Source: Okamejei kenojei (lineage: Eukaryota). Taken from it: DNA of 64,000 nucleotides. Below the pieces are notes generated by a model. That model ran no database searches, was not told the DNA's origin, and worked only from the letters and a program-made list of their open reading frames with translations. The translations under genes were made by a program, and so were the position numbers. The DNA lies in contig CM069156.1 in the NCBI GenBank assembly GCA_035221665.1, forward strand, positions 29,574,001 to 29,638,000, given 5' to 3'. Shown here piece by piece: positions 36,593-49,224 of this stretch; position 1 is the stretch's first letter, and the number at the start of each line of letters is the position of its first letter.

Positions 36593-37241
36593 ACTATTTA
36601 CAATATGTTAATGATTTAGATGAAGGGATTACAAGTAACATTAGCAAATTTGCAGTTGACATAAAGCTGGGTGGAAGTGTAAACTGTGAAGAGGATGCTA
36701 TGAGAATGCAGGGTGACTTGGACAGGTTGGGTGAGTGGGCAGATGCATGGCAAATGTAGTTTAATGTGGACAAATGTGAGGTTATCCACTTTGGTAGCAA
36801 AAACAGGAAGGCAGGTTGTTATCTAAATGGTGTCAAGTTAGGAAAAGGGGAAGTACAACGGAATCTGGGGGTCCTTGTTCATCAGTCAATGAAAGTAAGC
36901 ATGCAGGTACAGCATGAAAGTAAGCATGTTCCCGATGTTGGGGGAGTCCAGAACCAGGGACCACAGTTTAAGAATAAGGGGTAACCCAAAGGAGATTAGG
37001 AAACACTTTTTCACACAGAGAGTTGTGACATTCTCTGTCCCGGAGGGCGATGGAAGCCAGTTGCCTGGATACTTTCAAGAGAGAGCTAGATAGGGCTCTT
37101 AAAAATAGCGGAGTATGGGGATATGGGGAGAAGGCAGGAACGGGGTACTGATTGTGGATGGTCAGCCATGATCACATTGAATGTTGGTGCTGGCTCGAAG
37201 GGCCGAATGGCCTACTCCTGCACCTATTGTCCATTGTCTAT
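36593..37241 (+). mobile_element. CR1 3' fragment with internal deletion
   Basis: NDLDEGITSNISKFAVDIKLGG..., DKCEVIHFG..., then 3' UTR ...CCTATTGTCCATTGTCTA. Confidence 0.92.
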
Positions 37242-37729
37242 GTTGCACTTGCGTATAGTTTGATTGTACTCGTATATAGTTATGATTTGACTGGATGGCA
37301 TGCAAGCAAGGTTTGTCCTATATCTCAATACATCTGACAATAATAAACCAATAACAATTGTAATCTCACCACTGACATAAAATGTATATGTAATGTTATG
37401 ATTGTGTGTGTTGTCTGGGTCTATGTGCCTGTGATATTGCTGCGAGCAAGATTTCCCCTGTACCTGCACCTCCCTGTAAATGTATCTGTGACAATAAACT
37501 TAACTTGACTTCATGGCGGTTAATTGACTTTCAGTCCCATTATTTCCACCAATATTTAATTTTAACCAATGCTATTATTCCAGTCTTGTTATTTTCCCCT
37601 ATTGACATGAGATTTCCAATATCTTAATTTAGTTTAGAGATACAACGTGGAAACAGGCCCTTCGGACTACCAGGTCTGAACCGACCAGCGATCCCCGCAC
37701 ATTAACACTACCCTACACACACTTGGGAC

Positions 37730-38062
37730 AATTTTACATCCACCTATCTCATTTTCTCTGGCATCACAATTCACTCCTCTCCTTATCTTACACCCTTTTG
37801 CCTTCTTGACCTCATCTTGTGCCTTTATCCGCCTATCTGCCATTCAAACTTTCCTCATCTGTAGCCACCTATCACTTGCCAGGCTCTATGCCATCCCCAC
37901 CTCTTCTCTAACTTTCTCCAATACTCACTACAATCACTTTGAAAAAGGGTCCCTACCCAAAATGTCACCTATCCATGTTCTCCAGAGATGCTGCAGGACC
38001 TGCTGAGTTACTCCAGCACTCTGCGTTTTTTTGTAAGCCAGCATCTGCAGGTCTTTGCATCC
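37730..38062 (+). mobile_element. Penelope-terminus-derived element with pyrimidine-rich leader
   Basis: ACAATCACTTTGAAAAAGGGTCCCTACCCAAAATGTCACCTATCC...CCAGCATCTGCAG. Confidence 0.7.
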
Positions 38063-38371
38063 GTAAGTAAGAATTTCATTGTTCGTTCAATTCACAATTA
38101 AGCACTTTTTACTTTTCTTGACCCTTTCTTATTTCACAATACCAGAATAGATTGTTCTCTCGCTTGTTCCCTACATATTGATCTCGGAATCCATTGTATC
38201 GATATGTATTCGGAAACCAATTCTTATACACTCCATGGCTTTGATCTCCACACTGTTACTGCTAACTTGCCGTACAATCTATGAAGATTAAAGTTCCTCA
38301 TGGTCATTATTTTACCTGCACTTCTAATTATCAAATGGACACTGGTGTTAGAATCCTACACTCAAACTATC

Positions 38372-38792
38372 AGAGATCCAGGTTCGATCCTGACCTTGAG
38401 TGCTGCCTGTGTGGAGTATTTTGTATTCTCCCTGTGACCGCGTGGGTTTCCTCCGGCTTCTCCAGTTTCCTCCAGCCATGATCACAGTGAATGGCGGTGT
38501 TGGCACGAAGGGCTGAATGGCCTACTCCTGCATCTACTGTCTATTGTCTCCCCACAACAAAAAAGGATGCGCGGGTCAGTGGGTTGATTGGCCACAGTAA
38601 ATCGTTCCTAGTGTGTGATTGAGTGGTGGAATTTGGTGGGGAGGAGGCGGGGGTGTGTGATGGGAGTTGACGAAAATGAGAGGAGATTAAAAAAAAATGG
38701 ATTAATGTAGGGTTAGTTTAAAGGGGTGGTGATGTTAGCATGGACTCATTGGGCCGAATGGCCATTTTCTGAGTTGTGTACCTCTACGACTA
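38372..38792 (+). mobile_element. V-SINE with a nested CR1 3' tail (~38474-38548)
   Basis: SINE core breaks at TTTCCTC, then CAGCCATGATC...CTATTGTCT, then resumes at CCCCACA. Confidence 0.75.
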
Positions 38793-40049
38793 TGACAATA
38801 TAGCATTCCCATTTCCCCTCCTCTACAAACGTGAAATGGCTTCACACACAGAAATTGGTTTGATACTCTGAATGCAGTGCAGTAAAACTCTAGAATCTAG
38901 TATGCGCTTGTTTAAGAAACTTGATGGTTGGGATCCCGCTCAAAGGATTGCGTTCCCCACTCTCCCTTTAAACCCCCAGCAAGCTTCCACTGACCGCAGT
39001 GAGCGGATGTGCATTCAATGTTTTCTTTGAGGAGTAAAAACAGAGCAGGAAGCTGGGTGTATTCTATTAATAGCAGAACCTTTGGGCTCTGTCTTGCACT
39101 CCTTTACAACTCAGAAAGGTCCCTTTTCCTATTCTCTCCTTAAATTCACAGCTTCAAGGGTAAATTTATTTTTTACTTTGTGATGTCTTGAGAAAAGATG
39201 AGGTTTTAGTGTATTAAGAGGAGTAATATGTCTTGAAAATCTTCCAGTTTGGTATTTCCATCATCAAATGGATGCCGGATTATCGGGGTTTCACAGAATC
39301 GTTCGAGATATTGCCATTTGGAAGGGACATTATATGTCCAATAGCGATATTAGAGACGCCTGTCTGCATTCGGGTGGGTATTTAAGAGCCGACAGCATTA
39401 TTTTTAGGAGCTGCAGAATTCACCCCAGGCTCCCTGGTCTATTTTTACTCCTCGACTGATATCAATGAAGACTCATCTGGCCATTACTTCAACAATGTCA
39501 GTGGGAGTTTGCTATCTCTCTACTCCCTGCTTTGTTTCCTACAGTAGAACAGTAACCACGGGTCCAGAGGTAATCTGGTATCTAGAATCCCCTGAGGTCA
39601 AGAGGCATTGTGTATACGTGAGCTCCTTCTCAGTTTTGAAGTTTGATCAGGCTGGAAACAGTCATTAAATGTTTTTGCTGAGATTTTGCATCGTGACAAG
39701 ACCAGCGCTAATCAACATGTTACGAACTGTGTTCTTCTTGCTATTTTGATTACAGCTACTCTGGAGACTGCACCTGCAAGGTTATCTATCTGATTTGCTG
39801 CAATTATATCCAGTAATGAGTTTGGGCCCTGTACACGCACCATCAGTCATCCAGTAATACGTCTTGTATTGATTTTCAATGAGAACTACCCTGTGTCTGA
39901 TCAGGCTGACCAGGGTATCCGGTTGGAACATTTCCTCATCTCATTTCCCTTCCTTTTCCCCTTAATGATAAGTAGCTGCGTTAATTGCACCCTGCCACTC
40001 ATCCCAAAATTCATTCAAATATTGTGGGTATAGGCAGAGAGAGGGAGAG

Positions 40050-40391
40050 GTCGTTCAAACTTGGATTGTTTTCTGTAGAATGCCGGACATTGGGGGAAGT
40101 CCTGATCGAAATATAGAAAATGATGAGAGGCATATGTATGGTAGATAGCCAGAACCGTTTTGAAATGTCAAAGAAGTGAGGATACCTTTAAGGTGAGAGG
40201 GGAGAAGCTTAAAAGAGATGTGTGGGGGAAGTTATTTACACAGAGGGTGAGGGTGCCTGTCATGGATGGCAGTGGAGGCAGATAAGATGATGGCATTTAA
40301 CAGAAGTTTAGGTCGGCACATAGATATGCACGGAATGGAGGGATATTGGATCTTGAGAGAGAGGGAGGAAGAGGGGGAGACTGAGTTAGAG

Positions 40392-40474
<83 letters not shown>

Positions 40475-40610
40475 AAAAAAAAAATATGGAAACAGTCCCA
40501 GAAGGATATGGATCTTGTGCAAGCAGGGGAGATTAGTTTATATTGGCATTGCCTTCAGTACAGACATGACGGGCCGAAGGGCCTGTTCCAGTGCTTCCTA
40601 TTCCATGTGC
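40050..40610 (+). mobile_element. Old CR1 3' fragment containing a microsatellite insertion
   Basis: TTGGATTGTTTTCT...TTTAAGGTGAGAGGGG...ACACAGAGGGTG...GGGCCGAAGGGCCTGTTCC. Confidence 0.8.
40395..40472 (+). repeat. (GT)39 microsatellite
   Basis: Perfect GT run. Confidence 0.98.
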
Positions 40611-41279
40611 TGTGAGAGCGTCAATATCCTTCAATCAGTGACCAAGGGCAACAAATATCTGCCAAAGGATTTTTTCTTTTCACCAGAGGAGCTAAACTAA
40701 TGACCATCCCGGTCTTTCCATGAAATATTTAATGGCTCTGGATCTTTCATCAGTTGTAAACATCTTTTGCTGAATTGTTGTCAAGCCTTGTGGATAAGTC
40801 CATGTTAAAACACAGGTGATAAATGAACACTGACAATGATAGGCAGGCAGCAGGAGTGGCCCTGGTTGGACAGTCTAAGGGCCAGAGGGAAGAGTGATTT
40901 ACGGAGAGCTTTGTGTTTAAAAAGCACTCGTGCTCTGCCCAAGCAATGATGTGTCTTTAATAGCTGAAAGATATTGATTACTTTGAATAACGCTCACTGC
41001 ATCATTTGCTGTGAAATCTGAGAAGTTTAAAAGGCATCAATTTCTACTAATCAGGAAGGTGAAGTGAAATGTCCCCACAAAAGTTGTATAAATGAATGTG
41101 CCTGGGAACAGTTCTTTGTGCCTCAATCCATCACTCAACTTGGTATTTCTAAAACAAAGGCCTCTCTACAGCAAATTAGCACCACATACGTTATATGACT
41201 TGATCTCCCACTACTTGATGACTCCACATTTAAAGTGGCTGCTTGTTTACGTGGATCGCTGCATTGATGCTCGATGCGT

Positions 41280-41622
41280 CGGGCATAGCTGCTCCCTCGC
41301 ACCTCCAGACACTGTGCTGCCGGTGTGGAGTTTGCATGTTCTCTCTGTGACTGCGTGGTTTTGTCCAGGAGATCTGGTTTCCTCCCACATCCCAAAGACA
41401 CGCAGGTTGGTGGGGGTAATTGGCAACTTCAAGTTGCCATAAATGTAGATGAGTGGTAGAACCTGCAGGGGAGTTGATGGGAATGTGGGCAGAATCAAAC
41501 GGGCTCAGTGTATGTTTCAAGTTGATGGTACCATAGAGATACAGGGTGGAAACAAGCCTGTTGGCTGCACCCATACAGGGCGTGGCCAAGGGGTATGTTT
41601 CTGTGCTGAATCTCTATGGTTC
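41280..41622 (+). mobile_element. Diverged V-SINE
   Basis: GTGTGGAGTTTGCATGTTCTCTCTGTGACTGCGTGG...TTTCCTCCCACATCCCAAAGAC. Confidence 0.7.
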
Positions 41623-41784
41623 TTTATGACTTTAAAGTGAAGCAGAAACAGATCAACTTCTCCTTCATTGGCATCCCCTTGGGTTAAGGATAAGTGGCTT
41701 TTAGTCTCATTCTGTGGGTCCTGGGCTCTGATGAAACCAGTGTAGGACCCGCCACAGTATAGGACCTGCCCGCAGATAGGCAAG

Positions 41785-42165
41785 AAGCATCGGAGTTTGA
41801 GGGGTAACCTGATAGAAGCATATAAAATGATGAGAGGCATAGATACGGTAGACAGTCAGAAGCTTCCAGGGTGGAAATGTCAAAGATTAGAGGGTCTCGC
41901 TTTATGGTGAGATGAGCCAAGTTTAAAGGAGATGTGCAGGGGATGCTTTTTTTACACAAAAGTGGGGAGTGCCTGGAATGTGCTGCCAGGGGTGGTGATG
42001 GAGGCAGTGATGATAGTGGCATTTGAGAGGGTTTTAGATATGCACATGGATATGCAGGGAATAGAGAGATATGGTTCATGTGCAGGTAGAGAAGATTAGT
42101 TTAATTTGGCATCATGTTCGGCACGTGGGCCAAAGGGCCTAAACCTGTGCTGTACTGTTCAATGT
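41785..42165 (+). mobile_element. CR1 3' fragment
   Basis: GAGGGGTAACCTGATAGAAGCATATAAAATGATGAGAGGC...AAAGGAGATGTGCAGG...GTGCTGTACTGTTC. Confidence 0.85.
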
Positions 42166-42231
42166 AAGAGGGGCCAGGCAGGGATGAGCAGTTTGGGTGG
42201 TGATGTGCTCCTTCACCATTAAAGTGTGGAA

Positions 42232-44120
42232 TTTCAATTCAATTCAATCTTTAATTGTCATTGTGCAGTGTACAATACAGAGACAACGAAATGCAGTTGG
42301 TATCTCCGAAGGGCGAACTTACGAATAAACAAGTAATTGCGCAGTAGTATGAGTATATACGTCTATACATATACAGTGGTATCCGTGCAATTTGCTGGTG
42401 ATTGGATAGTTCGGGGGGGGGGGAGGGGTGGAGACAGGCAGTCATTGAGGTGCAGCGTTGAGAAGTGTGACAGCCGCAGGGAAGAAGCTGTTCTTGAGCC
42501 TGCTGGTACGGCAGCGGAGGGACCTGTAGCATCTCCCGGATGGGAGGAGGGTAAACAGTCTATGGTTGGGGTGTGAGCTGTCCCTGGCGATGCTGTGCGC
42601 CCTGCGCAGGCATCGTTTACTATGGACAGACTCAATGGAGGGGAGTGAGGAGGCTGTGATGCGTTGGGCGATCTTCACCACCCTCTGCAGAGCTTTCCGG
42701 TCGGCGACAGAGCAGTTACCATACCATACTGTGATGCAGTTGGTAAGGATGCTCTCGATGGTGCAGCGGTAGAAGTTCACCAAAATCTGGGGAGACAGGT
42801 GGACCTTCCTAAGTCTCCTCAGGAAGAAGAGACGCTGGTGAGCCTTCTTGATCAGCGAGGATGTGTTGTGGGTCCAGGAGAGATCATCGGAGATGTTGAC
42901 CCCCAGGAACCTGCAGCTGGAGACACGTTCCACCTCCGTCCCGTTGATATGGATGGGGTTGTGCGTGCAGCCTCTCGATCTCCTGAAGTCCACAATGAGC
43001 TCCTTGATCTTCTTGGAGTTGAGGGCCAGGTTATTGTCGGCACACCATGCTGTTAGGAGCTGAACCTCCTCCCTGTAGGCCGACTCATCGATGTCGCTGA
43101 TGAGGCCAATCACCGTCGTGTCATCTGCATACTTGATGATGGTGTTGGTGCCATATACAGGTATGCAGTCGTAGGTGAAGAGGGAGTAGAGGAGGGGGCT
43201 CAGCACGCAGCCCTGGGGTACGCCAGTGTTCAGGGTGAGGGTAGAAGAGGAGTGGTTATCCAACCTAACAGACTGTGGTCTGTTGGTTAGAAAGTCCAGT
43301 ATCCAGTTGCAGAGGGAGGGTTTGATGCCCAGGTCATCGAGTTTGGCGATCAATTTAGAGGGGATAATGGTGTTGAATGCTGAGCTGTAGTCGATGAACA
43401 GCATTCTCACATAAGTGTTTCTGTTGTCGAGGTGGGAGAGGGCGGAGTGGACTGCCGTTGAGATGGCACCCTCCGTGCTCCTGTTCTTGCGGTATGCAAA
43501 CTGGTAGGGGTCCAGAGTGGGAGGTAGGCAGCATTTGAGGTGTGCCATGACCAGCCTTTCAAAGCACTTGGCGATGTAGGGGTGAGTGCAACTGGGCGGA
43601 AGTCGTTGAGGCTCGCCGCAGTGGAGTGTTTTGGCACTGGCACGATGGAGGTAGTTTTAAGGCACGTGGGGACAACTGCCTGGGCAAGTGACAGGTTGAA
43701 GATGTCAGTCCAGACGTCTGTCAGCTGTGCAGCACAGGTCCTGAGGACGCGCCCATGGATGCCGTCAGCCTTACGTACATTGATCCTACTCAGTGCCACG
43801 TGCACGTTGTAGGGGTTGAGTGTGAGGGGCTGGTGGTCATCGGGGAGCACAGCCTTGATGGCCAACTCTTGGTTGTCCCTTTCAAAGCGGCCATAAAAGT
43901 GATTGAGTTCCTCGAGGAAGGATGCGTCGCTGGAAGTGGGGGTGGAGTTGGTGGCTCTGTAGTCAGTGAAGGCCTGGATGCCATGCCACATGCGTCGGGG
44001 GTCGGAGTTGCTGTCGAAGTGCTCCTCGATCCGCAGCTTGTATCTGTGTTTGGTGTTATTGATGCCCCTCTTCAAATTGGCCCTCGATGAACTATAGGCA
44101 CGGGCATCGCCTGGCCTGAG
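42232..44120 (-). mobile_element. Rex1/Babar non-LTR retrotransposon, 5'-truncated, RT nearly intact
   Basis: ORFs 43407..44123 and 42442..43548: [56 protein letters not shown]; (ATTGA)n tail at 42233-42248. Confidence 0.95.
42442..43548 (-). CDS. Rex1/Babar reverse transcriptase domain and C-terminus (368-aa open segment of a truncated element)
   Basis: RT motifs including YADD; one frameshift near 43570 separates it from the upstream ORF. Confidence 0.8.
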   Translation of the reverse strand: MAHLKCCLPPTLDPYQFAYRKNRSTEGAISTAVHSALSHLDNRNTYVRMLFIDYSSAFNTIIPSKLIAKLDDLGIKPSLCNWILDFLTNRPQSVRLDNHSSSTLTLNTGVPQGCVLSPLLYSLFTYDCIPVYGTNTIIKYADDTTVIGLISDIDESAYREEVQLLTAWCADNNLALNSKKIKELIVDFRRSRGCTHNPIHINGTEVERVSSCRFLGVNISDDLSWTHNTSSLIKKAHQRLFFLRRLRKVHLSPQILVNFYRCTIESILTNCITVWYGNCSVADRKALQRVVKIAQRITASSLPSIESVHSKRCLRRAHSIARDSSHPNHRLFTLLPSGRCYRSLRCRTSRLKNSFFPAAVTLLNAAPQ

Positions 44121-44367
44121 CATTTGTGTGCTCTTGATGATGGCCCTTGTGTTCTCTGTGCTGTTCTGAACCCTCCATCTCCCTTTATGAATGGGAGGCC
44201 TTGAGAATATCCTTGGATTGTTTCCCCTGTCTCTCTGGTCATCTCTTGTAATAATGGGGTTTTAACTTTCTGCTTCAGGAGTTTGGTTTCGGGTAAGTAG
44301 GGGCATGTTTTGCCGAGCGGACTGAGAGAGCCATTAAGAGAATGTTGGTCTGGGTCAAGACACTGAT

Positions 44368-44678
44368 GGGCAGCGCGGTGGCACAGCGACAGAGTTGCTG
44401 CCTTACAACGCTTGCAGCGCTGGAGGTCCGGGTTCAGTCCCGACTACGGGTGCTGTCTGTACGGAGTTTGTACGTTCTCCCCATGACCTGCATGGGTTTT
44501 CTCCCAGTTCACCGATTTCCTCCCTCACTCCAAAGACATACAGGTTTGTAGGATAAATTGGCTTGGTAAATTTTCCCTAATGTGTGTAGGATAGTAATAA
44601 TGTGCGGGGATTGCTGGCCAACGCACTCAGTGGGCCGAAGGGCCTGTTTCCGTGCTGTATCTCTAAACTAAACTAAAC
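44368..44678 (+). mobile_element. V-SINE, full length
   Basis: GGGCAGCGCGGTGGCACAGCG...CCGGGTTCAGTCCCGACTACGGG...GGGCCGAAGGGCCTGTTTCCGTGCTGTATCTCTAAACTAAACTAAAC. Confidence 0.9.
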
Positions 44679-44880
44679 CAGAGGATATCCATGCAGTTAG
44701 AACATGCAAACTCCATGCTGACCGCATTGATTTATTATTATTATTATTGTTATATTAATTATTATTGTTATATTAATAATAAAAAATATGTTAACCTTAT
44801 ATCTGTGTAATACATTTCTCCTTCACATTGCCCTGCTTGTCACTTGGCCAACACTTGTGCTCCATCAAAGGTCCTCTAAC

Positions 44881-45092
44881 CCGGGCCGTCTTAACAGCAT
44901 TATAGGCCCCCGGGCAAAGCAGTGCACTGGGGCCCTTACACTTCTAGTTTATTTATGCCAAATCAAATATGCCGTTATGCACTTGCGATGTTCTTCTCCG
45001 TTTTCATGTTCTAAAATAACATTCTACAATACATAGATTAGCATGGGGCCCCGGGCAACTGCCCAGTGTGCCCATGCGTTAAGACGGCCCTG
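44881..45092. mobile_element. hAT-type MITE (212 bp)
   Basis: TIRs CCGGGCCGTCTTAAC(A)GCAT / ATGCGTTAAGACGGCCCTG; 8-bp TSD CCTCTAAC (44873-80) / CCTCCAAC (45093-100). Confidence 0.88.
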
Positions 45093-45124
45093 CCTCCAAC
45101 CAGCCATCAGTGGCAACAGCCCCC

Positions 45125-46596
45125 CTCAGAAATAGTGGATGCATTAGTGATAATTTTTCAAAACTCTTTAGATTCTGGAGTAGTTCCTGAGAGTTGGAGG
45201 GTAGCTTATGTAACCCCACTTTTTAAAAAGGGAGGGAGAGAGAAAACGGGGAATTACAAACCAGTTAGTCTAACATCGGAAGTGGGGAAACTGCTAGAGT
45301 CAGTTATTAAAGATGGAATAGCAGCCCATTTGGAAAGTGGTGAAATCATTGGACAAAGTCAGCATGGATTTACGAAAGGCAAATCATGTCTGACGAATCT
45401 TATAGAATTTTTCGAGGATGTAATTAGTAGAGTGGACAAGGGAGAACCAGTGGATGTGTTATATCTGGACTTTCAGAAGGCTTTTGACAAGGTCCCACAT
45501 AAGAGATTAGTATGCAAACTTAAAGCACACGGTATTGGGGGTTCAGTATTGATGTGGATATAGAACTGTCTGGCAGACAGGAAGCAAAGAGTAGGAGTAA
45601 ACGGGTGCTTTTCAGAATGGCAGCCAGTGACTAGTGGGGTACCGCAAGACTCGGTGCTGGGACCCCAGCTATTTACAATATATATTAATGATTTGGACGA
45701 GGGAATTGAATGCAACATCTCCAAGTTTGCGGATGACAAGAAGCTGGGGGGCAGTGTTAGCTGTGAGGAGGATGCTAGGAGGCTGCAAGGTGACTTGGAT
45801 AGGTTGGGTGAGTGGGCAAATGCATGGCAGATGCAGTATAATGTGGGTAAATGTGAGGTTATCCACTTTGGTAGCAAAAACAGGAAAGTAGACTATTATT
45901 TGAATGGTGGCTGATTAGGAAAAGGGGAGATGCAACGAGACCTGGGTGTCATGTTACACCAGCCATTGAAAGTAGGCATACAGGTGCAGCAGGAAGTGAA
46001 GAAAGCGAATAGTATGTTAGCATTCATAGCAAAAGGATTTGAGTATAGGAGCAGGGAGGTTCTACTGCAGTTGTACAGGGTCTTGGTGAGACCACACCTG
46101 GAGTATTGCATACAGTTTTGGTCTCGTAATCTGAGGAAAGACATTCTTGCTATAAAGGGAGTACAGAGAAGGTTCACCAGACTGATTCCTGGGATGGCAC
46201 GACTTTCATATGAAAAAAGACTGGATGGACTCGGCATGTACTCGCTGGAATTTAGAAGATTGAGGGGGGATCTTCTAGAAACTTACAAAATTCTTAAGGG
46301 GTTGGACAGGCTAGATGCAGGAAGATTGTTCCCGATGTTGGGGAAGTCCAGAACAAGGGATCACAGTTTAAGGATAAGGGGGAAGTCTTGTAGGACCGAG
46401 ATGAGAAAAACATTTTTCACACAGCGAGTGTGAAATCTCTGGAATTCTCTGCCGCAGAAGGTAGTTGAGGCCAGTGGGTATGAAGAGAAGGCAGGTACGG
46501 ATACTGAGTTGGATGATCAGCCATGATCATATTGAATGGCGGTGCAGGCTTGAAGGGCCGAATGGCCTACTCCTGCACCTATTTTCTATGTTTCTA
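45125..46596 (+). mobile_element. CR1 LINE, 5'-truncated (RT plus 3' UTR)
   Basis: ORFs 45066..45563 (NYKPVSLTS, YLDFQKAFDKVPH), 45627..45914 (GVPQDSVLGP, KFADDK), 45930..46433; tail CCTATTTTCTATGTTTCTA. Confidence 0.97.
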
Positions 46597-47371
46597 GAGA
46601 AAGTTTTTTTGCTTTGGGGGAGGTTAAGCTAGGAAGAGTTTGGAGAGAGGAGTGTCACATACCAAAGGTTTTTAATTCAGCAAACAAGAGGAAGTTTTTC
46701 CATTGGCAGCCTTGTTGGTAACAACAGATTCACAGTAATTGGCAAACCGGAGGACAGAGTTGGAGTATTTTCTTCAGGCAGTGCATTGTTATCTGGAACC
46801 CACTGCCTGAAGCAGATTCAAGAAGAACCTTCGAAAAAAAGAAATGGATAAATACTTGAAATAAGGGCTCTGGAGAAGCAGCAGCTGAGTGGACTAATTG
46901 CATTGTTCTAGGATTTGTTCTAGGTTGTTTATTTCATTGATGATCAGAGGAAATGCTGTGCTGGGAACCATTTCACGTTAGCAGATTCGTGCCAGTGTGT
47001 GTGCGCGCGTGTGCGTCGGCGGCAGCAATCACCACAGGTGGTTTGCCTACCCAAGACAACCATCCCGCTCACCCAGCGAAGCTCCTTCGTTGGTAGTGCC
47101 ACAGTGAGAGATTGTGAGCAGCAAGGATTATTTTAAACCTCAATGAAACAGAGTGGGAGATGGAGAACATGGAGTTGAGTTTAGCTTATCCGACTCCATG
47201 ATACTCCTGGGGAATGTCACTGAATCTACTCTCGCAATCCAAGATGTTCTAACAGCATTGACAACGAGATTCTAAACTCATGAATGAACAGCAGGAGGTT
47301 AGAGTTGTGGGATATAATACTGCATGCATCTAGATACATGCCTCCAAAAGCATTGCATGAAATGAGTTGCG

Positions 47372-47603
47372 TTGAGTTGAGTTTAGTTGAGTTTATTGTC
47401 ATGTGTACTGAGGTACAGTGAAAAGCTTTTGTTGCGTGCTAAACAGTCATCGGAAAGACAATGCATGACTCCAATCGAGCCATCCACTGTGTACAGATAC
47501 ATGATAAAAGGAATAACATGAATAACGATTAGTGTAAGATAAAGCCAGTAAAATCCGATCAAAGATAGTCCGAGGTTCTCCAATGAGGTAGATAGTAGTT
47601 CAA
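47372..47603 (-). mobile_element. LINE 3' UTR fragment (Rex1/Babar-like)
   Basis: GTTGAGTTTAGTTGAGTTTATTGTCA tail, ACAGTGAAAAGCTTTTGTTGC; similar plus-strand copies at ~23760-23870 and ~54490-54570. Confidence 0.55.
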
Positions 47604-47659
47604 ACTATGGCACTGGAAACACAGGGAGCAAATCTACTAGCTGGAATGTTTCTCCCTCA

Positions 47660-49050
47660 ATGCCCAAAGACGTTCCCCACCAGGAAGGTCTTAAAGCCCT
47701 CCGTTTCTTCCTCGACCACAGAAACAGCCAATTTTCCTCTACTAATACTCTCCTCCGCCTACCAGAGCAGGTCCTTACCCTCAACAACTTCTCCTTCGAC
47801 TCCTGCCACTTCCTCCAAATCCACGGCGTAGCCATGGGCACTCGATGGGCCCCAGCAATGCCTGCCTCTTTGTAGGGTACATCGAACAACCACTGTTCCA
47901 GGCGTACACTGGCCCTATCCCCGAACTCTACCTCCACTACATTGATGATTGCATTGGCGCTACCTCCTGCACCAACTAATTTCCATCCTGCACTCAAATT
48001 CACTTGGACCATCTCCGACATCTCCCTATCGTTTCTGGATCTCACCGTCTCCATCACAGGAGACAGACTATTGACCGACATCTACTACAAACCTTCTGAC
48101 TCCCATAGTTATCTAGACTACACTTCTTCCCACCCTGCTTTCTGTAAAGACCCTATCCCCTACTCCCAATTCCTCCGTCTACGCCGCATCTGCGCCCAGG
48201 ATGAGATTTTTCATACTAATTCATTGGAGATGTCCTCAATCTTTAGGAAACGGGGGTTCCCCTCTTCCATTATCTCACTGGGGTTTCCTCGATATCCTCC
48301 AACACTTTCGCCACCTCCAACGGGATCCCACTACTGGCCACATCTTCCCATCTCCACCCCTTTCTGCTTTCCGCAGAGACCGTTCCCTCCGCAACTCCCT
48401 GGTCAACTCGTCCCTTCCCAACCAAACCACCCCTGCCCCAGGTACTTTCCCCAGCAACCGCAGGAGATGCAACACATGTTCTTTTACCTCCTCTCTCTAC
48501 TCAATGGAAGGACCCCAACAGTCTTTTCATGTGAGGCAGAGGTTCACGTGCACCTCCTCCAACTTCATCTACTGTATCCGCTGTTCCAGGTATCAACTCC
48601 TGTACATCGGCAAGACCAAGTGCAGGCTCGGCGATCGTTACACTGAGCACCTCCGCTCAGTCCGCTTTAACCTACCTGATCTCCCGGTTGCGCAGCACTT
48701 TAACTCCCCCTCCCATTCCCAATCTGACCTTTGTGTCCTGGGCCTCCTCCATTGTCGGAGTGCGGCCCAGCGCAAATTGGCAGAACAGCACCTATTTTGC
48801 TTGGGCAGCTTACACCCCAGCGGTATGAACATTGACCTCTAATTTCAAGTAGCCCTTGCTTTCCCTCTCTCTCCATCCCCTCCCCCTTCCCAGATCTCCC
48901 AACAGTCTTACTGTCTCCGACTACATTCTATCTCTGTCCCGCCCACTCCCCTGACACCAGTCTGAAGAAGGGTCTCGACCCGAAGCGTCGCCCATTCCTT
49001 CTCTGCAGAATGCTGCCTGTCCCGCTGAGTTACTCCAGCATTCTGTGTCT
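47660..49050 (+). mobile_element. Penelope-like retroelement (RT plus GIY-YIG), 5'-truncated and frameshifted, with 3' terminal repeat
   Basis: GVAMGTR, YIDDCIG, LSFLDLTV, IYYKPSDSHSYL; GIY-YIG FTCTSSNFIYCIRCSRYQLLYIGKTKCRLGDRYTEHLRSV; terminus with hammerhead-like motif at 48962-48989. Confidence 0.93.
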
Positions 49051-49224
49051 TTTACCAAGGACAGGGAGTGTTTATCTTATGATGCAGTAGCACCATCACC
49101 TTATACGGGTCATTGCATGTAGAATTATAATGGCACAGAAGGAGCTAAATTGATCTTTTGAGTCTCATTTGGCTCCTTGGGTCATTCTCCTGCTCTTTTC
49201 CCCAGTCCACTCAATTGCCTGCAA

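Noticed and set aside
39545-39617. Candidate exon between CCTACAG and GTGAGC
   Set aside because: 73 nt, no recognisable peptide and no partner exons; such site pairs occur by chance.
44279-44292. Candidate 14-nt microexon (TGCTTCAG|GAGTTTGGTTTCGG|GTAAGT)
   Set aside because: Not frame-preserving, lies between two transposons, and is unsupported without RNA-seq.
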